A stretch of DNA of 32,288 nucleotides from a virus (Duplodnaviria > Caudoviricetes). The DNA is taken from IMG/VR virus record IMGVR_UViG_3300032320_001782, positions 1 through 32,288 of that record. One strand, written 5' to 3'. Position 1 is the first letter of the stretch; each line of letters opens with the position of its first letter. A program made the position numbers and the translations under genes. The notes below the pieces were generated by a model. The model was not told the origin of the DNA. It worked only from the letters and a program-made list of their open reading frames with translations, and searched no databases. This document shows positions 19,701 to 27,434 of the stretch, in pieces.

Positions 19701-22584
19701 TATTTCCATTGAGCTGAGATGTTGTAAATTTATGACCAACACCAGTTCCAAAATCTGTAACAGTTAAAGTTGTACCTGTAGCAGAGTTGCTAGCACTTGT
19801 TGCTAATCTAAAATAATCTCTGTTAATTGCAACTACATAATAATCTGTTAGATCAGTCAGACCTACGATAACTGTTGCTGAGTCACCTTTGTCATATCTC
19901 AGTTTTGTTCCAGTTAAGAAACCGTGTGAAGGGAGCTTGAAAGCACTAAGGTTTAGGTCCACTGTTGTTCGTGGATTAAAGATTTTAGTAATAAGAGGTA
20001 CTTTTCCAGCAGCAGTAACTGTAAAGCTCTTATCTGAAGGAACAGAAGCAATTGTATAGATTCCATCTGGGGTCTTGCTTAGTGATTGTAGTGAGTGAGA
20101 TCCAACACCAAGTGGAGTGTCAGTGATATTTATAGCTGTTCCAGCATCTGCATTTTCTGGAGTAGTTGCAAGCTTGATTTTATCTCCGTCAACAAAGATC
20201 ACATAGTAAGGAGTTGCAGTTGTTAAGCCGTTGATAACAGTCTGGCCTTTAGCATCGTATAGAACAAGTTCTTTTTGAAGGAACCCGTGGTTTGGAATAG
20301 TAAAGGTATCAGTAGTGTAATCCAAGGCAATAATTACTAAAGACTGAGTTCCAGTTCCAACAGCAAGAATGTTTGCAGGGTTTGATAGATTAGGATTTGG
20401 TGAAAGCTTTACAAGGCTGTTATCTACCTTGATAATGTAGTAGATAGCATTGTTTGATAGCCCGCCGATTGTTGTTCCACCACCATTTGAATATCTAACT
20501 GCTTGACCAGATACTAGGCCGTGGTTAGGGATATACAAGGTGTCTTCTAGAATATTAACTGTAATGAATGTAAAGCTGTGCTCTGTACCTGTACCTGGTC
20601 CAGTTAAGTTAATAAATGTTGGAGCATTAAGAGATGTTTTTAATCTAATTTGGTTAGAGTTAAGAACTTCTTGAACGTAATAGGTTGTTAAGTGAGTTAA
20701 CCCACCGATAGATCCAGTATTATTTCCAGCTGGGTTTCCACTACCATTGTTATACTGAATAGGCTGATCCACCAAGAAACCATGAGCAGTAATAGTTAAA
20801 GTATCTGTTACTGGGTTTACAACCACCTTAGAAATAAAGTCTGGTGTAGCTGTAGAACGAGTAGATGGCAATGTCAAGTTAATTGTTGTAAATGAAGGGC
20901 TTGGAGTTGAGCTTAGTCTGTATGTAAAATTATCTACTTTATCAATGTAGTAAATAGAACCATTTGATAATCCTGCAGGAGCTGTTGTCTGGAATGTAGG
21001 TACAACTGCTTCACCGCTGGATAGATTGTGTGCCGCTGCGCTGTAGATTAAATCTGCCCCAGAGTCAAAGTTAATTGGAACAAAAGCATGATATGAACTA
21101 CCAGCTGGAGTAATATTTATTTTGTTTGTTCCTGCTTCAGAATCTGCTGCAGTTGGGTAGACTTCGTTACCGTTTGTAAATGATGATACAAGAGATACTG
21201 CTACAGAACCGTCTCCAATATTATATGAATTAAGATTTGTAATTGCTGCGCCGTTAAACAACCCTGCACCATCAAATGATCCGCTTGATGTTCCAACGTT
21301 TGTTGCTACCGAGTTTATAAATGATCCACCGCCACCACCAGCAGTAAATGCTGTAACACTTCTTGAACCAGCACCTCCTGAGTAGCCTCCGCCACCACCA
21401 GATTGACCGCCATCATTTCCATCAGAAGATCCGCCACCACCAAAACCACCATTACCGCCGTTACGAGCAGCTTGAGCAATTGCTGTTAGCCCGTCTAGGA
21501 AGGAACCTCCACCTGTGTTAAAAGGTGAGACTGTACGACCATTACCGCCTCGAGAGCTAAATCCTCCACCAGCTGCAGAGTTACCACCAAGTGCACTACC
21601 ACCAAAACCTCTAGCTCCACCAGCTACGGCACCTGAAGAAGAAAGACCGCCCAGTTGAGTTAATACACCATCTAAACCACCTCGTGAGTTTGCATCAGAA
21701 GAACCTCCTCCTGCTACAAAAAGAGGATCGTTAGTTGCTTTACGAACAACGAATGTTCCTCCACCAGAACCGCCATACAAGTTTGCAGCAGTTGCTAAAC
21801 CGTTTTCACCACGCTGTCCTACAGCAATAGTAATAACCTCACCCTTAGTAAGAGTTACTCTTCCTCTTACAATCGCTCCACGTCCTGCTGCCGCAGCGCC
21901 AGAACTTCCTTCAAAACCAGAAGCACCAGCGACGTTAAACTCATAAATTCCAGATACTGGAACTGTCCAGTCTTGATAACCTACATATGCTCCTTGAGTG
22001 ACATAAGTTTGAGTCCATGCGGCAGCTCCTGAGTAAGCATTTGTTCTCTGAGATGATGTTGGACCAGTGCGGCCAGTTTGGTTACAAGAGGTAAAAGTAA
22101 AAGATGAAAAAGCATATAGTGATTGTTGTCCAGCAAAATCAGACACAGAAACGTTCTTTAAGAAGTAGGTGTTTCCGCTTACAAGTCCAGTAAGCGGAGT
22201 TCCATTTGTAAAATACTTAACTGCTTGATTTGATGCTGTAGATGCGTCAATATTAACTTTATTGTTATAAACAATAGGAGAGTTAAAGGTAATTGAACCA
22301 TTTGCGTAATCAGTTATATTTATATCTGCTCCGCCAGAAGTTCTACTAAATCTTAACTTTTTAGGTTCAGTAGTTGTTACATAAACAAGCTCGCCTTGTG
22401 TATAACCAGTAAGGGATCCAAGACCTGCTGCATAAATAAAAGTTGATCCATTTACTAGGGTAGAAGGGATAGCTGTAGGTGCACCAAGGTTTTTAAAGTA
22501 GATAAAATCCTCTACTGTATTAACATTTGACCGACGAAAAGAGTGCGTGCCAGCTCCACCGACTGTTGTCATATTAATTGGCAT
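16750..22584 (-). CDS. Giant (1944 aa) putative virion structural/adhesin protein with about 12 HG(F/L)xxG...YYV beta-repeats and a glycine-rich domain
   Basis: Repeats such as HGLVSGQAVRY...IGGLSNNAIYYI. Glycine-rich domain WTVPVSGIYEF..AGASG..VGQRG..GGGG. Conserved-looking core RQTRKYFRYQSGKG, FDDQNGMFFEYDG, IDYSWYGAG, RSGNMPARYE. SD AAGGAG. Confidence 0.85.
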   Translation of the reverse strand: MPINMTTVGGAGTHSFRRSNVNTVEDFIYFKNLGAPTAIPSTLVNGSTFIYAAGLGSLTGYTQGELVYVTTTEPKKLRFSRTSGGADINITDYANGSITFNSPIVYNNKVNIDASTASNQAVKYFTNGTPLTGLVSGNTYFLKNVSVSDFAGQQSLYAFSSFTFTSCNQTGRTGPTSSQRTNAYSGAAAWTQTYVTQGAYVGYQDWTVPVSGIYEFNVAGASGFEGSSGAAAAGRGAIVRGRVTLTKGEVITIAVGQRGENGLATAANLYGGSGGGTFVVRKATNDPLFVAGGGSSDANSRGGLDGVLTQLGGLSSSGAVAGGARGFGGSALGGNSAAGGGFSSRGGNGRTVSPFNTGGGSFLDGLTAIAQAARNGGNGGFGGGGSSDGNDGGQSGGGGGYSGGAGSRSVTAFTAGGGGGSFINSVATNVGTSSGSFDGAGLFNGAAITNLNSYNIGDGSVAVSLVSSFTNGNEVYPTAADSEAGTNKINITPAGSSYHAFVPINFDSGADLIYSAAAHNLSSGEAVVPTFQTTAPAGLSNGSIYYIDKVDNFTYRLSSTPSPSFTTINLTLPSTRSTATPDFISKVVVNPVTDTLTITAHGFLVDQPIQYNNGSGNPAGNNTGSIGGLTHLTTYYVQEVLNSNQIRLKTSLNAPTFINLTGPGTGTEHSFTFITVNILEDTLYIPNHGLVSGQAVRYSNGGGTTIGGLSNNAIYYIIKVDNSLVKLSPNPNLSNPANILAVGTGTQSLVIIALDYTTDTFTIPNHGFLQKELVLYDAKGQTVINGLTTATPYYVIFVDGDKIKLATTPENADAGTAINITDTPLGVGSHSLQSLSKTPDGIYTIASVPSDKSFTVTAAGKVPLITKIFNPRTTVDLNLSAFKLPSHGFLTGTKLRYDKGDSATVIVGLTDLTDYYVVAINRDYFRLATSASNSATGTTLTVTDFGTGVGHKFTTSQLNGNITGGGTVTTVSGSVLVNGTGTSFSKILKVGDRFRLFPPNTVTNVNFVSVDINTATNRITKTSHGFATGDTVVYSANGGVSPAPLVDQYYYFTRAIDANTITLHSSAADAIANTNAVAISTQGTVGSIPYFSLTETIPVGPIIRRITAIGSDTQISVDRPYATAFSSVSYSYPTFVYVRPEGYSLHRPFDGGVEMSAGAGTSNAQIIRQTRKYFRYQSGKGIQTSCGINFKPSIDLESMTKFSSTTIECKTRRPHGLLSGLTIKVSEATDSFGDVSTVYNGEFSVTVVDLTTFRVSANGAIGQDRAYGFPQFYVKNWTNGAVRTGMFDDQNGMFFEYDGQKIYAVRRSSTQQIAGTLAALQGNEVIFGTNTSFQAQLAVGDYLVMRGQSYRVVEITSQTRLSVRPEYKGSSGAEKEFNPAASVNTTTDVFSIIGHGFSDLLPVSYNSIDGEPIGGLINGRTYYVSLIDNNSFKLKASPDAVDFVNLSSVGTTTVHSFVPAKSGIIGTKTVNTRIPQEDWSLDPCDGTGATGYNLDLSRIQMAYIDYSWYGAGKIRFGFKTTDGQVQYVHEFVHNNNLFESYLRSGNMPARYEVVTYDNPTYIPSLFHWGTSVMMDGRFDDDNAYLFTGSSQTLNIVGTTAKSFSSAGISLTTDLMTVQSHGFTTGEVLQFQALGANGLLGVNSLNPATQIVGSNTLANLTNNAKYRAFVNSANLIHLTPLNATITVGATVERTGSTITVTTATNHNLTTGMYVGIYGLTAANLINGPFTVTRTSDTVFTYTVPGSQSVVSIAQPGAAISQIINFTSQGNTQYTYFLYPDGSANNTSGPNYQPLLSIRLSPSVSSGLTGKLGDRDVINRMQLRLKEISVSTNQLIEVKILLNTRLNNLSFIGVDSPSLTQIIEHTAQDTVSGGVQVYNFLAAPGGGSTDGTTTVDVSSLFELSNSILGGDSIFPDGPDILTIAVSRLTGNPTLSSAKLSWSEAQA

Positions 22585-22606
22585 TTAACTCTCCTTTGTT
22601 TTTTCT

Positions 22607-22616
22607 TATTTATACA
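22607..22616 (-). promoter_or_regulatory. Putative internal promoter TGTATAAATA
   Basis: Lies in the 36-nt gap upstream of the SD of the 1944-aa gene and resembles TGTATAAT at 25644-25651. Confidence 0.35.
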
Positions 22617-22620
22617 GCTG

Positions 22621-25569
22621 TTAAAGTCTTGTAATTGTGATATATCCAACGCCACCATTTGCAGAGTTATTGTTGACTTGGTTACTTCCATTGTTAATAG
22701 ATCCGCCACCAGCACCGCAGCCAGACCATGGCCAAGCACCGCCACCAGAATAACCTCCGCCACCACCAGCACCGTTTGATCCACCGCCAGCTCCACCGCC
22801 ACCAGCACCAAATCCACCACCATATGCTGGACCACCTACACCGCCATTAACAAATGACTGTCCTGGCCAGCTACCGCCACCATTGTTATAAAGACCACCA
22901 CCACCACCGGGAGTTGAGCTAGAAGATCCGCCGTTACCATTAACGCCACCTTGACCCCAAGCGCCGCCGCGTCCTGAAGTTTGGTTACCATAAGAGTCAC
23001 GATGTTCGTTACCGTCAGGTCCTCCACCACCGCCTCCACCAGAAATAATCAACGGGTTGTTGTTAGCTGCGTAGACAACACCAGTTCCACCGCCACCAGA
23101 GCCGTCATAGTAGTCACCAGAACCTTGCTGTCCAACAGCAAGTTTTAAAACTGTATCTTTAGTAAGTACAAAGTCTCCACGGTTACCCGCTCCATAACCA
23201 CCACGCTGGCCCCAACCGTTAGACCAACCGCCAACAGATCCATATGTTTGAATTCTATAAGTTCCATCTTCTGGAACTGTCCATAATTGCATACCGTTTT
23301 GAGTCATATTCAAGTATGTGTTTGACCAAGATGGATTGCCTACACCAGCTCTTGCCTGACCAATGTTTGGCCCCTGTGTTCCACCAGCACCACCAGTATT
23401 GAACTGTGCACTAGTAAAGGAATATAGTCTTGGAGCTGGGTTAATTTGGAATGTAACTACTTGGAAACCTTGCAAACCACCAACGTCTGTTGCTCTTACA
23501 GTTACTTGACGACCTGGAGCGTTAATAATTTCTGTAGGAGTACCCGAGATAACACCGTTAGATGTATTAAAGCTAAGACCTGTAGGAAGTGTTCCACTTG
23601 AAATTGCCCATGTAATTGGAGCAACAAGGTTTACTGTTGTTGCAGTAGTTGGTGTCATTGCCTGAGTTGCGAAGATATTTTCTCTAGAAATAGTAGGTGG
23701 ATTAATAGATCCAATAGTTGCGTTAATTGTGTATGTATGGTTCTGGAATGCTGTCAAACCAGTCACATCTGTTGCTGTAATAATAACTTGTCGTCCTGTA
23801 ACTACCTCTACTGGAGTTCCAGATACGGAACCTGTAGTTGTATTAAGACTTAAACCATTAGGTAAAACTCCGCTAGTAACTGCGTATGTAATAGGTGCTG
23901 TTAAGCCTGTTGGTGTTACAGTAGTTGGGGTTATTGGAGTACCACGATCTACTGTAATGGTTATATTCTTTGGAGAAAGTTCTCCAGTATTTTGATTTAA
24001 AGTAAAGTTATGTTGATCATATCGTGTCTGAATAAAGTAAAAGTCTTTGATCTCATCGGCTGCATTTACCCCGAAGCGACCACCCGCTGGATACTGATAC
24101 TCCAGCATATCTAAAGCTTCAAAGCCATTATCTTTAACATGGAAAATGTCTTTATCTAAAGATATGCCAATTTGTGTAAATGACTGAATACCAGTTCCAC
24201 CAGATATAGATGTAATTACTGCCCCGTTAGGTAGAGGTTTTAGAGTAAAGCTGTAGTTGTTTGAGACTCCTTGACGGAAATAGGTATCAATAAAATAAGT
24301 TGTGTTATTAGTCAGACCAGAGGCAGCAGCACCAGTGCTATTATAAAATACCATTGTATTTGCATACCAATTAAGATCTACTAGGCTTGTAACTGTTACG
24401 TTTGACCCGCTAAATGTTGCATTTGTTCCAACTGTTCCAGCAGTATTAGTAGCATCAAAAACCTGTGCAGTGCCTTTTAAAATTTCTACATTTGTCTGTG
24501 TTAGAGGGTTAACGTTGTTACCAGAGAAAGTACGAGCTTGGTTAGCAAGCTGGAATGTTCCAGAAATAGATGCTGTAATCGCAATTACATCTCCATCTGG
24601 AACAGCACTTACTGTAAAGGTAGATGTTGATGTACCTAAAGATCCAGTGCTCTTTAAAAACACAACTCCTCTAGGGTTTGATAAAAAATACCCAGCGCCG
24701 CCAGTTATAGAGTAGTAAAGAGGTGTTCCAAGTGGTCTTCCAAGAAAGTTTTCAGTGCTGTGAGCTACTGTAATAGTGTTGTTAACTACACTTACAGCAG
24801 AGATTGTGCTGACAACTCCTCCAGCAACTGCAGAGTTTGACCAGTCAATATTGATGGATGAAAGAGTGTTAGATCCATCAAAGGTCTGAGCGGTAGCTGA
24901 GTTTGTAGAGTCAAAAGATTTTGCAACTGTGTTTGACGCTGGGAAGTCCTGAGAAATAGTTGAGTTAAGATTGAGGAAGTAGAAAGGAGTATTTACCTTA
25001 AATCCATGAGAGCTTTCTGTGGTAACTGTAAGCACAGAAGTAGTGGCGTCATCTGTAATAATTCCAGAAGAGTCAGCAATACGAAGCTGAGATCCCTGAA
25101 AAAACTCTCCTGTAATAATAGAAGAATATAAATCTTGAATAGCAGATGTACCAGCTTGGTTTGCCTTACATAGATATGTAAAAGTTGTTGTATTCGGGAT
25201 GGAGTTAATAATATAAGCACCATCTGCAGTAATAGACTTAGTTCCTGTAACTGAGATAGGAATACCTACAGATAGGCCATGGTCAAAGTCGGTAACCACG
25301 GTGATCTGACGAGTACCTGCGTTTGTGGTAATTGATGAAATATTTGGAATCGTGGTATCACCGCTCTTAGAAAAGAACGATGGAGTGTTGTTAATAAGCT
25401 CAACTGTTTCCCACTTAGTTGGCTGCAGACCGTATTCAAAGTCTGTATCGATAAGGTTTTCAGGCTGCGAAATACGGAGTTTCGTTACTGGATCAATAAA
25501 CTCCTTTGGGAAGGTGATCTCTCCACCTGTACCTGATCCGCTACTGCTACCGCCTAAATAACCTGGCAT
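22621..25569 (-). CDS. Putative virion structural protein (982 aa): beta-repeats, two putative Ig (He_PIG-like) domains and a C-terminal glycine-rich domain
   Basis: DPVTKLRISQPENLIDTDFEY at the N-terminus and HGLSVG/HGFKV repeats. Two copies of SGxLPxGLSxNTxxGxISGTP. WTVPEDGTYRI..VGQQG..GGGG at the C-terminus. Confidence 0.85.
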   Translation of the reverse strand: MPGYLGGSSSGSGTGGEITFPKEFIDPVTKLRISQPENLIDTDFEYGLQPTKWETVELINNTPSFFSKSGDTTIPNISSITTNAGTRQITVVTDFDHGLSVGIPISVTGTKSITADGAYIINSIPNTTTFTYLCKANQAGTSAIQDLYSSIITGEFFQGSQLRIADSSGIITDDATTSVLTVTTESSHGFKVNTPFYFLNLNSTISQDFPASNTVAKSFDSTNSATAQTFDGSNTLSSINIDWSNSAVAGGVVSTISAVSVVNNTITVAHSTENFLGRPLGTPLYYSITGGAGYFLSNPRGVVFLKSTGSLGTSTSTFTVSAVPDGDVIAITASISGTFQLANQARTFSGNNVNPLTQTNVEILKGTAQVFDATNTAGTVGTNATFSGSNVTVTSLVDLNWYANTMVFYNSTGAAASGLTNNTTYFIDTYFRQGVSNNYSFTLKPLPNGAVITSISGGTGIQSFTQIGISLDKDIFHVKDNGFEALDMLEYQYPAGGRFGVNAADEIKDFYFIQTRYDQHNFTLNQNTGELSPKNITITVDRGTPITPTTVTPTGLTAPITYAVTSGVLPNGLSLNTTTGSVSGTPVEVVTGRQVIITATDVTGLTAFQNHTYTINATIGSINPPTISRENIFATQAMTPTTATTVNLVAPITWAISSGTLPTGLSFNTSNGVISGTPTEIINAPGRQVTVRATDVGGLQGFQVVTFQINPAPRLYSFTSAQFNTGGAGGTQGPNIGQARAGVGNPSWSNTYLNMTQNGMQLWTVPEDGTYRIQTYGSVGGWSNGWGQRGGYGAGNRGDFVLTKDTVLKLAVGQQGSGDYYDGSGGGGTGVVYAANNNPLIISGGGGGGGPDGNEHRDSYGNQTSGRGGAWGQGGVNGNGGSSSSTPGGGGGLYNNGGGSWPGQSFVNGGVGGPAYGGGFGAGGGGAGGGSNGAGGGGGYSGGGAWPWSGCGAGGGSINNGSNQVNNNSANGGVGYITITRL

Positions 25570-25598
25570 TAGCTAATACCTCTTTCGCTGCGTAAAGA

Positions 25599-25652
25599 AT
25601 ATACATGTAGATTAACACTATATACATGCTCTGATTTCTTGTAATTATACAT
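25599..25652 (-). promoter_or_regulatory. Putative promoter (TATAAT) with tandem CATGTATAT boxes
   Basis: On the - strand, TATAAT is at 25644-25649 and CATGTATAT is at 25620-25628 and 25599-25607 (21 bp apart). SD GAGGT precedes ATG 25569. Confidence 0.45.
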
Positions 25653-26302
25653 TAAATACCTAACCACCAAGATGTGGAAACAGCTAAAGAACCCTGACCA
25701 CCAGTAGGTCCCGTTGCTCCTACAGATCCACCCGCTGCGGCAATAAAAACTCCATTGTAGTAAACATAAGTTTTAGCATCATTCGTGTTAAACCAAGCGT
25801 CACCATTTACTGATGTTTCAATATTTGGTTGAGTAGGGCTAACAGTAAACTTTCCGACTGGTCCTGTGGGTCCTGTTGGTCCAGCTACTTCTGACTGAGC
25901 ACCTGTAGGACCTGTTGGACCTGTCTGTCCACGAGGACCAGTTGGCCCCTGCGGACCAGTTACTTGAGAGTCTGCTCCCGAAGGTCCTGTAAATCCTCTT
26001 ATACCTTGAGGACCTGTCGGACCCTGCGGACCAGTTGGACCTTGTTGCCCTGTTGGTCCAGTAGGACCTTGAGGACCTGCAACAGTTGAGTCTGGACCAG
26101 TTGGTCCCTGAATACCTTGTGCACCAGTTGCACCGACAGCACCCGTTGGTCCTGTTGCACCAGCAACACCTTGCGGACCCTGTGGACCAGTTGGAGCTAC
26201 TCTTTTAGCTTCCCAAACTGTCCCAGACCATACCCAAGTTTGATTGTTTACGGTAAATTCTTCGCCAATTATTGCGGGCGTTGGGAAATCTATGGCTGCC
26301 AT
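25652..26302 (-). CDS. Short collagen-like protein
   Basis: [16 protein letters not shown] head, GPT/GPQ tract and GDAWFN..YVYY module. SD AGGAG. Confidence 0.88.
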   Translation of the reverse strand: MAAIDFPTPAIIGEEFTVNNQTWVWSGTVWEAKRVAPTGPQGPQGVAGATGPTGAVGATGAQGIQGPTGPDSTVAGPQGPTGPTGQQGPTGPQGPTGPQGIRGFTGPSGADSQVTGPQGPTGPRGQTGPTGPTGAQSEVAGPTGPTGPVGKFTVSPTQPNIETSVNGDAWFNTNDAKTYVYYNGVFIAAAGGSVGATGPTGGQGSLAVSTSWWLGI

Positions 26303-26333
26303 CTGGTGTCTCCTCTCTCAGTCTTTGTCTATT

Positions 26334-26501
26334 TTACTCTTGAATAGGTTCTTGTATTCCAGAGTTTTTCATTCCTACATATGCATCTGCCCAGTTAACT
26401 GCAGCAGTAAGTGACTCCCAAGGTCCACTTTCGTCGATGATATTTTCACCGTAAAGAATCTGAACCTTGGGCCCGTCTTCAAGAATTATGTATGAAAACA
26501 T
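26334..26501 (-). CDS. Small hypothetical protein (55 aa) absent from the ORF track
   Basis: MFSYIILEDGPKVQILYGENIIDESGPWESLTAAVNWADAYVGMKNSGIQEPIQE*. SD AAGGAG at 26507-26512. It fills the gap between its neighbours. Confidence 0.8.
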   Translation of the reverse strand: MFSYIILEDGPKVQILYGENIIDESGPWESLTAAVNWADAYVGMKNSGIQEPIQE

Positions 26502-26516
26502 TATATCTCCTTATTG

Positions 26517-27434
26517 TCATATCGAGTAAGTAATCTTCCCTGACGCACCTACTGCTAACCCAAGGGAGTTATCTATGTACACGCCATTAATATTAGTTGT
26601 ATCAAAACCAGATGTTCTTTGTAGCCAAGATATTCCATCAAAAGATGTAGCTAATTTACCAGTTGCTCCTCCAGCAAGATATGTCCCCTCTGGAGATACA
26701 GAAACGGATCTAATACTAGAAAGTCCAAAGCTACTAACAGGAAAGACCTGAGTCCATGTGGTCCCGTTTACAGAGTTTGCTACTTTTCCAGAATCCCCCA
26801 CTGCAACAAACTTTCCGCTGGTGGTTGCAGTTATTGCATTAATAATAGAAGTGCCAAAACTAGACGTCCTTTGAGTCCAGTTAACTCCATTAGTAGAAGT
26901 TGCAAGTTTTCCATCATAACCAACTGCAGTTATTAAGCTTGGTGATGACCATACGCCATTAATAAAAGAGGTACCAAAACTAGAAGTCCTCTGAGTCCAA
27001 GTAATTCCGTCAATTGAAGTAGCTAATTTTCCAGAGCCACCAACAGCAATCCAGAGAGAGGCTGATTGAGAGTAGGAAATACCTAAAATAGTGCTTGCAC
27101 CAAAAGAAGAAGATCTTAGTGTCCAGTTAATTCCGTCTGGTGATGTTGCTAGTTTTCCAGAGCTGCCTCCGATTACATATAAATTATTTCCATAACTTAC
27201 TGCATATATGCTGCTGTCTAGGAAACCACTCACTCTTTGTGTCCATGTTTGAGTATCTAAAGATGTTGCTAATTTTCCAGAATTGCCTACAGCAATATAA
27301 AAACTGCTTGAAGGGTTACGGATAATTGCATTAATGTTTGTCAAGCCAAAAGAGGTGTCTACAAGTTGAGTCCACGTTACAGGTGTATATGCAGAAAGCA
27401 GGGTGGCGTGAAAAGAATGACTAGCAAATATCAT
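26517..27434 (-). CDS. Seven-bladed beta-propeller (Asp-box/BNR-like repeats)
   Basis: Seven repeats of about 43 aa, VGxSGKLATSxDGxxWTQRTSSFGxxxI. The last blade appears to be completed by the N-terminal VTWTQ strand. Confidence 0.85.
   Translation of the reverse strand: MIFASHSFHATLLSAYTPVTWTQLVDTSFGLTNINAIIRNPSSSFYIAVGNSGKLATSLDTQTWTQRVSGFLDSSIYAVSYGNNLYVIGGSSGKLATSPDGINWTLRSSSFGASTILGISYSQSASLWIAVGGSGKLATSIDGITWTQRTSSFGTSFINGVWSSPSLITAVGYDGKLATSTNGVNWTQRTSSFGTSIINAITATTSGKFVAVGDSGKVANSVNGTTWTQVFPVSSFGLSSIRSVSVSPEGTYLAGGATGKLATSFDGISWLQRTSGFDTTNINGVYIDNSLGLAVGASGKITYSI

Noticed and set aside
22607-22614. TATAAATA as proof of a T4-type gp55 late promoter
   Set aside because: I noticed only one intergenic occurrence, and the replication genes (PolA, Sak4, WhiB) are not T4-like. 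It is kept only as a generic promoter candidate.
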